Made by a program: the position numbers and the translations under genes | Notes under the pieces: model-generated | The model's input: the letters and a program-made list of their open reading frames with translations, nothing else | The model's database searches: none | Told to the model about the DNA's origin: nothing | Assembly (NCBI GenBank): GCA_001599295.1 | Contig: BCGN01000001.1 | Span: forward strand, 992,001-1,056,000 | Origin: Sporopachydermia quercuum | Lineage: Eukaryota | Reading direction: 5' to 3' | Length of the DNA: 64,000 nt | In this document: positions 49,101 through 60,879 of the stretch, piece after piece | How the letters are laid out: every line of letters starts with the position of its first letter | How positions within the stretch are numbered: position 1 is the stretch's first letter

Positions 49101-50617
49101 TCACTAAGCAAATCACTACGAAGACAATTTTCGTCAACTGTGCAGGTTTCATCAAAATCCCTTATGATCAAAGGTCCTTAAAGAATGAAGCAACAGAGAT
49201 CCTCGATGCTACAAGAATTCACCCTGAAGATTATGAATTAGCAAGGAAAATGGCTGCAGACTCGTTAGAGTTAGACGAGGAAGATTTAGCTGATGTTGAG
49301 AATGGTGAAGGTGTCATTACGCATTTGATATCATCAGGAGCAGAAAAACTGAATGACCTCATTCTAGAAGAATATAGTGAAGAACTTGAAGCGAAATCAG
49401 GAGTCAAGAAGTTTGTTACATTAGAAAACATTCGTGATGAACTGCAAAGCCATTTTGGTGAGCATCGTAGAAAGCTTCATGTTTTAACTGTTGAAGAAGT
49501 GTTCACGTTACTAACTGGCGAGACTGTTGAAACTGTAGGCGAAGGCTCTGTTGTTTCTGCTCAAGTGAGAAAAGTTGATTCTAAACAGCTTTACGTTCGT
49601 TTGCCTTGTCTCATTGATGGTATTGTCAGAGGCGAGAAGATTACTAGTAGTAGAGCTATTTTCACTGCACTGCAGTTATTCAATGTGGGCCAAACAGTTC
49701 AAGGTGTTATTTTGAATCTCAATCTTGAGGATTTCAGAGTTGAAATGAGTTTATTAGAAGAGGACATTGAAGATGCTAAAGCCAACAAGAGAATTCGACC
49801 TGATTCTCAATACTGGGACCAGGAAGCTGAAGCTCGTGATAAGGAACTACTTGAAGGGAAGAAACGAGAGAATGATGGTAGAACCAGTAGATTACTGGAC
49901 CATGCTTTGTTTAAGAGTTTCAACTCAGCTCAAGCGGAAGAATATTTGGCTTCACAACCGCCAGGAGGAGTTGTTATTAGACCATCGTCTAAAGGTAAAG
50001 ATCATATAGCAATCACCTGGAAGGTTGATGATAGGTTATTCCAACATCTGGACGTTGTTGAATTTCATAATAAAAACTCTAGTGGGAATACTAGCACTAC
50101 CCTTGTCCTGGGTAAGGAGAAATTCAGTGATTTTGATGAATTGATGGTGAATCATATTCAAGCAGTAGCATCTCATTTGAGATCAATCGTTAATCATGAG
50201 AAGTTTGAATTAGGTGGTAAAGATGAGGCAGAAAATTGGATTCGTAATTATGCAAAGGCTAATAGCAAGCACGCTTCTTACAGGTTCTGTTATGATCGCA
50301 AGAGGCCAGGTCATATTTTAATTGTATTTACTGGGGGCTCAGATAAGGTCAGTATCTACCATGTGACTGTTCGACCACAAGGATTTGAGCTATTAGGAGA
50401 AATCTATCCTAATGTTCAGGAACTGTGCAATGGATTCAAGAAGCAGATGAGTAGAAGATTACAAAGGTCTCAAGGACCTTCTGGTAAGTACACTGCATAT
50501 GGTGGAGCTTCTGTTCATGGTGCTCGCAGTGCATATGGTGGGCATACTAGTACATACGGAGGACAGAGAGGTGCATATGGAGGACACAGTTCATACGGAG
50601 AACAAAACAGGGTGTAG
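46196..50617 (+). CDS. SPT6: Transcription elongation factor / histone chaperone Spt6
   Basis: Acidic N-terminus (DSSEEEEDDDEEE...EGFIVDDD), DIPERFQ, YqgF-like ALARYLQSPLLEY, LDATRIHPEDY.LARKMAAD, S1 domain, SH2 VVIRPSSKG.DHIAITWKV. Confidence 0.98.
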   Translation: MSRRRIIDDEDEIVDDIPDDDDRQQRGDSDAEEDNDLDSSEEEEDDDEEEMQKVKEGFIVDDDDEEGNEGSEDDSERRKKKKKKKRKKKVEQHESDDELLEDDLELLIENAGGVVEPSDSSRKFKRLKRGGDSEEQTQQTKRGLTDIFSDDEEEEEELEAEYDSTRKESSNRHRRPIDELDDFIEDDEFSDVDAEERRKEIEETRRNRRKAAMNIARDDIDNDKLAELYEIFGDGDDYAWALEAENELGDEQFAGEDEEGAAAAPSLKDVFEASELKEKMLTDEDNQVRALDIPERFQSRRAGLKSDYNINAEEFRQKQIWVCEQLIKEKDAFLDNKPYLKDALGASIKKCVEFIAKDLFEVPFIWYHRRDYLIYNEKVPSANQEDGFTFKSERLLEIDDLWRILDLDTEYHIIYDKRIAVQNLYDKLEKYDGVYTSALETAKTLDDYQDIMEYLQFTYSVDLKLLNREDSDDETAAVGNSVKKKSKRHHKFGLYERVKQDRVYELVKAFGISASDCCDNLVEGQRIHPVEDYLDGADILAEEIAESAEAMYNKPDTVLEVANSTFVDEISYNPRLKTHLRQLYNTHGVLSVNLTGRGRIKIDSTHPYYEFKYLKDIPLINLRLKPELFLKMMDAELEGLVKLKLGLPEYEQFIEHYFNISLASDGVSDISASWNGLRKIVLKAVLDKLNPIVAQVIKGRLKRDCERSVAFKVKQSFKKKLDQAPYKPSGYELGTIPRVLTLSSGNGEYGRDAILAAFLDEDTNVLEQVQFNDSQDSENFKREFSSVVLRRKPDVIGISGFSINSKKLFKVIKEIVQTEDLANKLNVDSSSAQLEVVWVDDEVARSYQNSERAKKEFPNQSILGRYVIALARYLQSPLLEYVALGKEIKVLKFHQDQDLLSEQSLLNAIETAFVDMVNLVGVDINEAARESYFANALQYISGLGLRKASGIIQQIQSKGGAIYNRAELVTKQITTKTIFVNCAGFIKIPYDQRSLKNEATEILDATRIHPEDYELARKMAADSLELDEEDLADVENGEGVITHLISSGAEKLNDLILEEYSEELEAKSGVKKFVTLENIRDELQSHFGEHRRKLHVLTVEEVFTLLTGETVETVGEGSVVSAQVRKVDSKQLYVRLPCLIDGIVRGEKITSSRAIFTALQLFNVGQTVQGVILNLNLEDFRVEMSLLEEDIEDAKANKRIRPDSQYWDQEAEARDKELLEGKKRENDGRTSRLLDHALFKSFNSAQAEEYLASQPPGGVVIRPSSKGKDHIAITWKVDDRLFQHLDVVEFHNKNSSGNTSTTLVLGKEKFSDFDELMVNHIQAVASHLRSIVNHEKFELGGKDEAENWIRNYAKANSKHASYRFCYDRKRPGHILIVFTGGSDKVSIYHVTVRPQGFELLGEIYPNVQELCNGFKKQMSRRLQRSQGPSGKYTAYGGASVHGARSAYGGHTSTYGGQRGAYGGHSSYGEQNRV

Positions 50618-51819
50618 TAAAGAAGCAGGGGAAGAAAAAAACTGTTTATGTTAAAATTTTGGTTATTGCATCTCGTTTATTCTTGTTGTGTCTGTTGATA
50701 ACACTGACCTGAAGAAGTGATGGTAATGGTACTGTGAATGGCGGAGAGCTCTTTTAAATATCTTATAATGGACGTATTTTCTTGTCTCGTGTGTTTGAAA
50801 TTGCTTCAAACTTGTACTTATAAATAGTTAATAATACTGAGGTTGAGATATCTAGCAGATTTCTAGATATATGAGTGTTGAATGAGACTAATGGTCTGAA
50901 ATGTGACCTCCAGGAGATTAAGGTGATAGCCATTAAAATCAGTTGTTTGCTACGCTGCAATAAGAAGAAAAAGCTCTTTAGAAACGAGAAAATTATGATT
51001 TGACTAGGCTTAGTAGCATTATCCAACTTCTGTAGAAAAAAAGATCTCAGAGGATTGAATGAATATTGAAAGCCATTCGTTTGACCTATAAATTATTTCG
51101 TTATCGTTCAATATGTCATGTGACTGAGATATTCAGTCAATGATTACGTCATATTTNTGTTCCTCTATTCAGAGAACCTAAAGACATTCTGTAAACAGAA
51201 GATAATAGCAGGATAAGCAAAATCTATCAACAATATGCCCACTTCCACACTACCTCTCTCATATTTTTCATCTATTTCATTTTCATTAACGAAAACTCTT
51301 TGTCCTCAGCCTCTTTCAATCTTTCAGTCTTCTGTCTTATGATAGTCAGAACACCCCTATCCCTCTCTGTCAGTTGCCCAAACCATTCAAACCTTAACTT
51401 GCACCTTAAAACACTAATCGTCATTATTTCCGGTTTTTATACATTTGTTCCAAGCTTCCAATTGCTATTACAATACCAAGCATTGAAGAGAGATAAGAAA
51501 AACCAATGAAATGGTATCCATGAAGAATAAAGAAGGCGTTCTCGGTCTTTCTTCTTANTTCTTTCGTTTTCCTTATATATCAAGGGATTGAAAAAGTATA
51601 GCATTTGAGATATTCATATGCAGCTGAGCTCGGTAGCTAATCCTTCATTAAGTCACACTCAACCTGTACATATACATGAAGTGTGGGACCATTGTGAAGA
51701 TCGAGTTGTTGTGGTTTGGTTTGAAATACATTTGATTGATTGGCCGAGTATAGCATATTCTGAGAGAATTGATATAGGTAATATTTACTATCTGAGTTTG
51801 TTTAAATTCACTGGACAAA

Positions 51820-53325
51820 ATGTCAGGTTTCCGGCTACTACTGAAGTTGATTATTGCTACTGCTGTAGTGACCAACTTCTACCTATACACATACCCATCA
51901 GTTCACCCTGATTTATGTTCATGGTCAACATTCCGTGAAGGAGAATCAAGGGGCACACCCTATCCTGTTGATTTCAAAGCCCATTTCACTGATGATACCA
52001 AAACCTGGAANGAAAAGCTTGATGTTCAGATTTTAATAGGTAATGGCGTTGCTTATGAAGTGAAAAAGATACCATATATTGGAGCCTATGTTGCAGATAT
52101 AATTCGCACTATCTTCTCAGCAGAATTGATTAGAAAGTTTCCTAAGCTTTATAATTTTGATACAAAGGAAGAAATAAATTTAATGGCATTAGCTGATCCT
52201 CAAATCAGAGGTCCGTGGGAAGATACTCCTTACATAACGAGACTGGATATATTTGGTAATGATTACTATCTTGGACATATCTACTCAATGATGAAAAGGC
52301 GGCTAGTTCCTTCTCATGTTGCAGTACTAGGCGATTTATTTTCATCTCAATGGATAGCTGATGAAGAGTTTTTCAAAAGAGCTAATAGATATATGACCAA
52401 GATATTTACTAGACCTCTGAGCGAGATTGGGCCTATTTATAATTTCACTCTTGAAAATGACGAGATTGATTGGAAAGCATATGCTAATGATAAACAGAGC
52501 AGAGGGTATGATGTGCCTCATTATACAGAATTATTTGATTGGACCTTAGGGGAAGGCAACGGAAGGAAGAGTTTAGAACCATTACTTATCAACACTACAG
52601 GGAATCACGACACAGGATATTCAGGAGACGTCACATGGCAACATATGGCTAGATACGAAAAATTGTTTGGTGCTCATAATTACTGGATCGATTATAATGT
52701 TGGTACTGAGCAAGCGTGGAGATTGGTTGTATTGGACTCATTGTTATTAGATGGACCGCCTTTAGAGGATTATTTCCAAGCAGAGACCTGGAATTTCGTT
52801 AGAGAGTTGAGTGAAACTGAATTTGATGGATCTACTGTTTTAATTACTCACGTTGGTTTATTTAAACCTGAAGGTTATTGCACTGACGGGCCTGATACTG
52901 CTTACTATGACGAGGGAGAAGAACTCGAATATAGAAGAGGCAAATTGAGATGGCAGAATCATTTGACCCAAGAAACCAGTGAGAAGTTGCTCAACATGAT
53001 CTTTAGTAATAAGAAACCTGGGGTAATCCTTGTAGGACATGACCATGAGGGATGTCAAGTGTTTTTTAACTATGACGAGAAGACCAAACAATGGAATATT
53101 AATAAAACACCTGNAAAGACATCAGTCAGAGAAGTTACATTAAGAAGTATGATGGGAGAATATGGTGGAAATACTGGATTACTAACTGGAAGATTTCTTG
53201 AGGATGATAAAGAATGGGAGTTTGATTTCACAACATGTCCATTTATTGTTCAACATGTTTGGTGGGTAGGCAAAGTATCGTTCTTGTTATCAGCAGGGGC
53301 AATTGCTACCCTGGTTTTATTTTAA
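51820..53325 (+). CDS. TED1: GPI-remodelling metallophosphoesterase Ted1
   Basis: LYTYPS, ADPQI.G, RLD.FGNDYYLGHIY, LGDLFSSQWI.D.EF, GNHD.GYSGD.TWQH..R, GHDHEGC, RSMMGEYGGNTGL.TG, VQHVWW plus C-terminal TM. Confidence 0.95.
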   Translation: MSGFRLLLKLIIATAVVTNFYLYTYPSVHPDLCSWSTFREGESRGTPYPVDFKAHFTDDTKTWXEKLDVQILIGNGVAYEVKKIPYIGAYVADIIRTIFSAELIRKFPKLYNFDTKEEINLMALADPQIRGPWEDTPYITRLDIFGNDYYLGHIYSMMKRRLVPSHVAVLGDLFSSQWIADEEFFKRANRYMTKIFTRPLSEIGPIYNFTLENDEIDWKAYANDKQSRGYDVPHYTELFDWTLGEGNGRKSLEPLLINTTGNHDTGYSGDVTWQHMARYEKLFGAHNYWIDYNVGTEQAWRLVVLDSLLLDGPPLEDYFQAETWNFVRELSETEFDGSTVLITHVGLFKPEGYCTDGPDTAYYDEGEELEYRRGKLRWQNHLTQETSEKLLNMIFSNKKPGVILVGHDHEGCQVFFNYDEKTKQWNINKTPXKTSVREVTLRSMMGEYGGNTGLLTGRFLEDDKEWEFDFTTCPFIVQHVWWVGKVSFLLSAGAIATLVLF

Positions 53326-55278
53326 ATTTGATAATTGTTGGAAAAGAATAATAAGGAGCTAAAGAACTACTCATGATAAGCTATGGTTCAAGATAGTAGA
53401 ATATATGTATGTAAAGAGTATGACTGTATAGAATATGGAATGTACCATGAACTGAAGTTATATTTGATTTTATGGGCTATTATGAATGTTTAATTAAAAG
53501 GAAATACGTGATATTATAAGAATTCAAGCGGTCTAGACCAAAGAACCAATAGGTGAAAAAGAATATGTTCCATTCACCTATTTTCCCATTCTATTTTACA
53601 GTAATATTGAGAAATCCCACATGTATGTTAATGCCAGCACATGCATTGTATGCAGAAATATGAACCAACTCTAACCTCTACTTAGCTTAGGGGGGCAGAA
53701 AGAATCATATAGCATTCACAAGGTGTGAGTAGCTTGATTCCGATTGGAAACAACTGATAACCCTCTCTTGTAGCCAGTAAACTTCAAACTTGATTCTTAC
53801 TATTATCAAGGGTATTAAATATTGCTTGAAAGAAGAAACAAATTTGACTCCTGGAAATTGGCAAACTGGTCTCGTTCTGTTCTTATATATATACCGAAGG
53901 GAACCTCATCTTCACTGAATATTCTCATCTTCGGCGAAATAAAACATCATAGAAAAGAATTTTATCTGGAGCCCTTGGAATGGATAGCAGTTTCATCGTA
54001 TTTGAGCGGTATGACTATTATGCTTATTCTTTCTACCATCAGCAGCTTTTCGAGGAACATGCCATTAGAGGAAGTGTTCATCATTTGGTCAAACGACTCC
54101 CCACGATACCATACCTTGCAGTACCTCTCATTTTAATTAGTACCCAAGCTCCAACCAAACTTAGAGATATACGCTACATAATTTTTTCCCTATATTAGTT
54201 TAATCAGCACTAAGTAACCTTCGCATAATAATTCCGATGAATAATAATTTATATTACTAGCAATCAATACTCTAAGGTACAGCTCTACTCTTCATGGAAG
54301 TTACTTTTGAAACAGAGTTTCAGTAAAAGCTGCACCAAATATGCAAGAACATCAATCTAAGCTAAACTGTAATGCTTATTTTCAAAACAAAAACAAATCA
54401 ACTCCAAAACGGGACATTCATGGCAAAGCTTTCTCTCCAACTTCTCACTAACGTTTTGCTGCAGTTCACCTCAGCACTTTGAAGCTAGCAATGACTGTCA
54501 TACTTGTCATTATTCTTTGGCAAAAAATTTTTCAGGATAACAAACTTTCAAATACCACTTACCATACTGTTTTTCCAAGTATCAGACTTCCAATTTTTAT
54601 TTAATAAAATTCATCTACATGTCCCTGTAACGCGTCATCCTTGATTAGAAATTAAGTTTGACACCCTGCTTAATTCATGCATAACCTTATTTAAACTCTT
54701 GCCTTCTTACCAAATTCAGAAACCTCATTCTTATTTCCTTACTTTGTTTCCATTTCACCTCTTCATTTGCTATTAAAGATACAATTATGGAATGAACAAG
54801 TAATGAGGATAGTTTTATTGTCAAAAGTAATTATTAATGGTAGCTTAGTTTTCTGGTGAAGGTAAAAAATAGGGATATTTTGAACATTGCATTATTGTTT
54901 CCTCAGGAAGTTCTTCTGTTTACTGAACTGGAACGGAGATTAACCTTTCTGCAGATACAGTAAGTCAGCATCTTGAGAAACTTAGAGATACAAAGGAAGT
55001 GCGTAACTATTTATCTATTCTATTATTTACTGCTGTCGATGATAATTATATTGAGAATTCTGGGGATAGTTTTAATACATAATAAATTGCTCTTTAACAA
55101 CGGTATAAGCTAANGGACTTGATTGTTGTGTTTCCGTTATAGCAAGAGTATATACATCAATTGCATCAGCAACAACAACAAATGATATCATCACCGAGCA
55201 CANTCTCTACAATCATACCAGCGATAGAATCAAAATACAAAATATAAGGCTTAAAAACTAGCCGAAAGAAAGTAAAAT

Positions 55279-57633
55279 ATGAAGTTTCGTAATCCTTTTT
55301 CCTCAGACCAATCAAATGGAAGATCTGATTTATTGAATAAGGTGTATTCTGAAGCTTATCAACATGCGCAAAGCTGTCTACAGCTCGAGAAGGATAAGAA
55401 ATACTACTCAGCTTATGAACGATGGAGCTTTCTTCATTTTTTCCTCTCTGATCATATAGTATCTATTGATCCTAAACAGCTGAAAAAATCATCAGAGAAA
55501 TTAACTCTGGCTAATATAAACAGCTTAGATAATACTGCTAAACGACATATAGATAGAATAGAGAAACAAGTGAAAGATGCAGAGACTCGGTTGGAGAAAG
55601 AAAATGAAATGAAACTAAAATACGAAGAAGAAGAGAAAGAATTAGCAAAGGTGGAATTGGAATTTGATTCTGAAGTGCCAAGTAATACAGAAAATGGTGT
55701 TAGGGAAACAGAGAATTTAGATGAGACATCAACAGAGAACCTACTGCTAGGCAATAAAATCATCCGTAAAGACTTATCATCAGAAGCTAATTCTCTAGGC
55801 CTTGGAATTATAGGAAACGATCCACAAACTAGTGACAGGTCAATAGAACCAAGCATACAGGATNGTATAAATGGGAGTACTACAAATCAAACTAGACAAC
55901 CACTAAGAAAAGGTTACTCAAGAGGGAATATAGGTAAAATCGTTACGACACCTGCATCTACACCTGCATCTACACCTGCATCTACATCTACAGCTAATAA
56001 TAACAGAAAGATACCACCGAAGTCAATAGAAAAGAAGGCACTATCATCAACTGCTTACCAACCACGACTGAAAGCTAAAACAAGTTCCAGTGCTCCAACA
56101 CTTCATGTCCATGCAGTTAGAAAGAAATCAATCATCAAATCTATGAGAGACAAGAAACATTTGGGACAACACGCAATATCAGCCGCTCCTGCAAGACCTG
56201 CTGCTCTGAAAGCTGCTACTCTTTCCTGGGATCCAATTCAGTCATTGCCGAATTCTGGTTCGACCACTCCTTTGACATCACCAATAGTTAATCAAACACA
56301 GTCATTTCCTCCAACTCCTTCATCCTTTGCTACTCAATCAACAGCTCAGCAAAGAAGGGCTTCTTCAGAGGTATCCAGAACTTCAGAAACACCTAGGAAA
56401 TCATCAGAAGCTCTTAGGAAGGTGCCGTCTCAAAGAGCACCATCAGGCAAAGGTCCTCCATCTAAAACCTCTAGCAGAAAATCTGGCACTAATGCTACTA
56501 ATAATACCAGTGTCACTACCGTTAAGAACCCGAATCCTTTTTCTGGTACAGCTAATTCGAGGAAAATCAATGATAATCATAACGAAGAGAATGAGGCAGA
56601 CATCAAAGAAACACAAGTTCTGGTCGATGACCTTACGAAGGCTGTTCCAGCGTTATTACTAGAATCATCTAATTTCACTCAACGGCAAGTAGATCAGCTN
56701 CTGACAGAGCTACCAGGCGTTGACCCTGATGCAGCCAGAAGGATCCTAAACGAGATCGTTGTCTTNGGTGATGAGGTACATTGGGATGATATCTCTGGCT
56801 TAGAAGCAGCTAAAGTATCGTTGAAGGAAACTGTNGTCTATCCATTTCTACGTCCTGATTTATTTTCTGGCTTACGGGAACCTGCTAGAGGTATGCTGTT
56901 ATTTGGTCCTCCTGGTACAGGGAAAACTATGCTTGCTCGTGCAGTTGCTACTGAGTCCAAATCAACCTTCTTCTCTATATCGGCATCTTCTTTAACTTCA
57001 AAGTTCTTAGGAGAATCGGAAAAGCTTGTAAAGGCTTTGTTCTTACTAGCAAGAAAACTATCACCATCTATTATTTTTGTTGATGAAATAGACTCAATTC
57101 TGTCTTCTCGTAGTGAGAATGGAGAACATGAAGCTTCAAGGAGAATCAAAACCGAGTTTTTGGTCCAATGGTCGGAACTGTCACACGCAGCTGCTGGCAG
57201 AGAGTTAGAAGAATCATCCCGAGTATTGGTACTAGCAGCAACAAATCTACCATGGGCTATTGATGATGCTGCAAGACGTAGATTTGTCAGAAGACAGTAT
57301 ATACCATTACCAGAAGCTGAGACACGAAAGAATCAATTAGAAAAGCTATTGTCACTACAAAAATGTGACATTGATGACAGAGAATTTGCCCAGTTAATAC
57401 AGTTGACTAAGGGATTCTCTGGGAGTGATTTAACAGCATTAGCGAAAGATGCAGCTATGGGTCCGTTAAGAAGTCTAGGAGATAAATTGCTATGTACACC
57501 TACTGAGGAAATTCGGCCCATTAAGTTTGAAGATTTTGTTAATAGTTTACAACTAATAAGACCGTCTGTTTCAGAAGAAGGGCTTGCAGAGTACATTGAT
57601 TGGGCAGCCAAGTATGGAAGTTCAGGAGCATAA
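55279..57633 (+). CDS. SAP1: Meiotic-clade (spastin/fidgetin-like) AAA ATPase
   Basis: [70 protein letters not shown]. Adjacency to CAJ1 favours SAP1 over the paralogue YTA6. Confidence 0.88.
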   Translation: MKFRNPFSSDQSNGRSDLLNKVYSEAYQHAQSCLQLEKDKKYYSAYERWSFLHFFLSDHIVSIDPKQLKKSSEKLTLANINSLDNTAKRHIDRIEKQVKDAETRLEKENEMKLKYEEEEKELAKVELEFDSEVPSNTENGVRETENLDETSTENLLLGNKIIRKDLSSEANSLGLGIIGNDPQTSDRSIEPSIQDXINGSTTNQTRQPLRKGYSRGNIGKIVTTPASTPASTPASTSTANNNRKIPPKSIEKKALSSTAYQPRLKAKTSSSAPTLHVHAVRKKSIIKSMRDKKHLGQHAISAAPARPAALKAATLSWDPIQSLPNSGSTTPLTSPIVNQTQSFPPTPSSFATQSTAQQRRASSEVSRTSETPRKSSEALRKVPSQRAPSGKGPPSKTSSRKSGTNATNNTSVTTVKNPNPFSGTANSRKINDNHNEENEADIKETQVLVDDLTKAVPALLLESSNFTQRQVDQXLTELPGVDPDAARRILNEIVVXGDEVHWDDISGLEAAKVSLKETXVYPFLRPDLFSGLREPARGMLLFGPPGTGKTMLARAVATESKSTFFSISASSLTSKFLGESEKLVKALFLLARKLSPSIIFVDEIDSILSSRSENGEHEASRRIKTEFLVQWSELSHAAAGRELEESSRVLVLAATNLPWAIDDAARRRFVRRQYIPLPEAETRKNQLEKLLSLQKCDIDDREFAQLIQLTKGFSGSDLTALAKDAAMGPLRSLGDKLLCTPTEEIRPIKFEDFVNSLQLIRPSVSEEGLAEYIDWAAKYGSSGA

Positions 57634-57672
57634 GACACATAAAATATATAAAATAGTAATAAAACACTTCTA

Positions 57673-57686
57673 CAACAACAACAACA

Positions 57687-57717
<31 letters not shown>

Positions 57718-57743
57718 NTACTACTACTACTACTACTACTACT
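57673..57743. repeat. Compound trinucleotide microsatellite (CAA)n(CTA)n between the convergent SAP1 and CAJ1 stops
   Basis: Directly visible; one n inside the CTA tract. Confidence 0.95.
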
Positions 57744-57783
57744 CATCTGTAGTCTACAAATTATACTTCATTCAACATCTCAA

Positions 57784-59483
57784 TTACTTTCTAGTAGCAT
57801 CCATCATAATTTCTTCAAATACTCTCACCTCCTCAATCTGTTCAGGAGTTCTTTGGGCGGACAAGAAAATCTCACCCACAAAAATCAACGCTTGAGCTCT
57901 AGAAACACGTTGTTCTGAAGAAACAGACTTATCGCTCAATACATTATCACACACTTCTCTCACGACTTGCTTCACTTCAAATCTCGTAGCCGACCACATA
58001 GTAGCCAAAATCTTACCCATCATTACTCTTTCCATCTCCGCTTTCTTATACTCATCCCATTCGTCTGTCTCAGCACCTTTACTTATAGCACCTAACGTTG
58101 ATTTAGCATCCATTGCAGCGGAAACAATCTTAACAGCATCTTTAGCAACAGTTCCTTTTTGTTTCATTGATGTTATAATCTTTGATAAGCCAAAAGTCTT
58201 GTGAGCTTTGATGTATGCAGAACCTTTAATTGTATAAATTTTACCAATTGTATGTAATAGTTCTAAACCAAATGATTCAACCTTCATGCTATCAGTTTCT
58301 TGTTGTAACTTCTCTAATAAAGGTTCTAGTTCCTTATTATCAGCTTGAATACCCTTTGACTTACCAGTCGAAGAAACAGCTATAATTTGATCAAGTCTTA
58401 CTTTTAATTTTTCTGTCAATTCTTCAACACGAGCTTCATTCTGTTTCTTTCTTTCTTGCTGCATCTCAAGCAACTTTTCGCGTTGCTCTTTGCTTATTTT
58501 CTTCTTCTGCTTTTTCTTCTCAGCCTCAGATACAACACCAGTTCCAGTATCAGTTTTGGTTGCTGATGTATCGGTAGGCTTATGAATCAGATGGCCCTTA
58601 TGATCTGAGCTTGCATCTGTTTCACCCGATACAGTTTCTTCTTCTTCGCCTTCTAAAATCTCAGACGATTGAAGGAGATCCTGCATTAGAGATAATTCAC
58701 CAATCCTATTAGCAAGTAGTTAGTCAGCTGTCTTATATTGATTTTACTTAAGGAAGGTTGAGCTATTCACAATACATACCAATCATTGAAAGCATCACCA
58801 CCAAACATAGTCATGAAAAGCTCATTAGGATCAACTAGAAGAAGTGTTTTGTTAGTATTTTGAGCTATAAGTATTTTGAGCTATAAAACAGAAAGTGAGT
58901 GCTAAACAGATTTCAAACTTCACTTATACCTACCAAAACCCTGATCAGGGATTGCTTGTTCTTTACCGAACTTATCATAGTTTGATCTTAAATTCGGATC
59001 CTTCAAAACTTGGAACTGTTAGTAATTGAAAAAAAAAAAGGAAAATATATTATGATGCCAAGTTGAATTGATCTCACGTTTGAGCCTGTGATCATATCAG
59101 TGTACAACAATGAATAACTGAGTATGCATTGATCAGACGTTGAGCCAGGTTGTAACCACAACACCAGCAAATCGCAGCTATTGATAATCTCGCATTATTT
59201 TTTCCAATATTCTAATTCTTACCTTGATATGCTTCTCCGACCTATAATTCCGTTAGTATACGTTGTATAATGAATGAGCAGATTTCTACTAGTACTTTCT
59301 GTTTCAATGAGGTGCCCGAAGAGTACAACATACTTCTAAGAACTTTTTATGAGCCTCTGGATCATTAGGATTCTTATCGGGATGAGTTTCCATTGCTTTT
59401 TTTCTATAAGCTTTTTTAATCTCAGCATCTGAGGCTTCAGGCTTGACGCCTAAGATGTCATAATAAGCAGTATCAACAGCCAT
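57784..59483 (-). CDS. CAJ1: Hsp40 with J domain and DnaJ-X domain (Caj1/Djp1 family), 5 exons
   Basis: Exons 59483-59334, 59241-59223, 59008-58934, 58834-58780, 58705-57784. Spliced product [82 protein letters not shown] and [14 protein letters not shown] resemble Caj1. Lies near SAP1 and ISD11. Confidence 0.88.
58855..58886. repeat. Perfect 16-bp tandem duplication inside CAJ1 intron 3
   Basis: GTATTTTGAGCTATAA twice. Confidence 0.9.
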
Positions 59484-60483
59484 CGTAAAGATTATGTAGA
59501 TCTAAGCCTTGGATTGAATGTTGATATTATTGATATCCTTTGGGTTGAATTGATACTATTTACACAATTCAATGGACTTGACTTTCCAAGGGCTACAAGA
59601 AAGATTCAATCCTTTGTATTATGGTCTCTTTATAATGGGAAACAGACAAATATAAGACGTTCTTCATCTTATACTTATTTTAAGGAACAGAACACGGAGA
59701 GAACTTCTTTTATGATATCTGATTGTAAGTCATCGTTTGTCATGGATTTTATCATGACATAAAGAAATCAAACCTAAGTTCGGCAGGAGTGTCGCGAGAT
59801 AGGGNAGGGAACGAGTACTACTTCAAGTTCCTTATATTATATAATCTCCGATATTCAATTAATTTCTAAACAAAAAAAAATAATTTTATAGTACATGGTT
59901 GAGGTATTATTGATCCATTTTTTTACTGATAGAAGGTTGTCATAACTGAACGAATCGATCGTCTTACTGTTCATGCAATATAGAAGAAGAGTTGAAGCAA
60001 ATGAAAACAAGACATGCGTTCTGAACAATAGGACAATTCCATGGGCGTCAGGACATTTTTCATTGCTTGTTGTTTGATAAAAATGATGATCAGACCGATA
60101 AAAGTAATTGACTTAGGTTCTCTTGATATTGTGCGCATAATACTGATTAGGTTGTTCGGGTTATATATGATGGAACTTGCTATTTTGTATGTAGTAAGTT
60201 TGTCTATTAGTCGAGACTTAAAAAGACGTCATTATGTGTGTTCTAAGTAAATGTGCTGGTTGGCAGTGCAGCTGTCAAGAAGGTTGTCACTGGTGATGAT
60301 CCGAAAGAAGTACTCCTACAATCAGTAATCGCCATTTTATACATCAGCTCTGAAGGAATTCAGGTTGAGAGATAGAAAGAGGGAGATATTGACTCAAATT
60401 TAGCTGTCTAACTAAAACAAGTCTGTATTCGTCTCTATTTCTAGAGTAATAAATAATGAGATATCGGCTCCTGAACAGTAGTC

Positions 60484-60879
60484 TCACAAGTCTAACTTGT
60501 CAGTGAATTCTTTCACATATTCATTAAAGAACTGTTGTCCATAACGTGAAAATATCTTGGAATACATGAACAAATACCTTGACATTATTGGCATTACCTG
60601 ATTCAAACTGAAATGTGATAAGTAAGCAACATCTTTGACGAACTGTTCTCCACCTCTAAGAAATGCCCATAGTATCACGAATGCCACTAAGCCAGTGAAC
60701 AAAACTCGCACGAGAGACAACAAGAATAGGTACAATGATTTTAGGACGTACTTTGCTATTCTTAATCCTATCCAGACCAATAGTATTATTTGTAGAATCT
60801 GCACTACCGCAGGATATGATCTATTCAAAAATTCATATCCATCTNTTATTGTGTTGGCGAAGGATGAACTTGAACTCAT
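60484..60879 (-). CDS. APQ12: Nuclear-envelope membrane protein Apq12-like
   Basis: 131 aa with two hydrophobic helices (YP..VQIL..ILL.WI.L.I ... LW..LRG..QF..D). Close to TED1, as YIL039W/YIL040W are in S. cerevisiae. Confidence 0.7.
   Translation of the reverse strand: MSSSSSFANTIXDGYEFLNRSYPAVVQILQIILLVWIGLRIAKYVLKSLYLFLLSLVRVLFTGLVAFVILWAFLRGGEQFVKDVAYLSHFSLNQVMPIMSRYLFMYSKIFSRYGQQFFNEYVKEFTDKLDL

Noticed and set aside
53760..54200. Short overlapping ORFs (53822-54136, 53980-54198) between TED1 and SAP1
   Set aside because: No recognisable motif in the frames I translated; could be a relic but is unsupported without a search.
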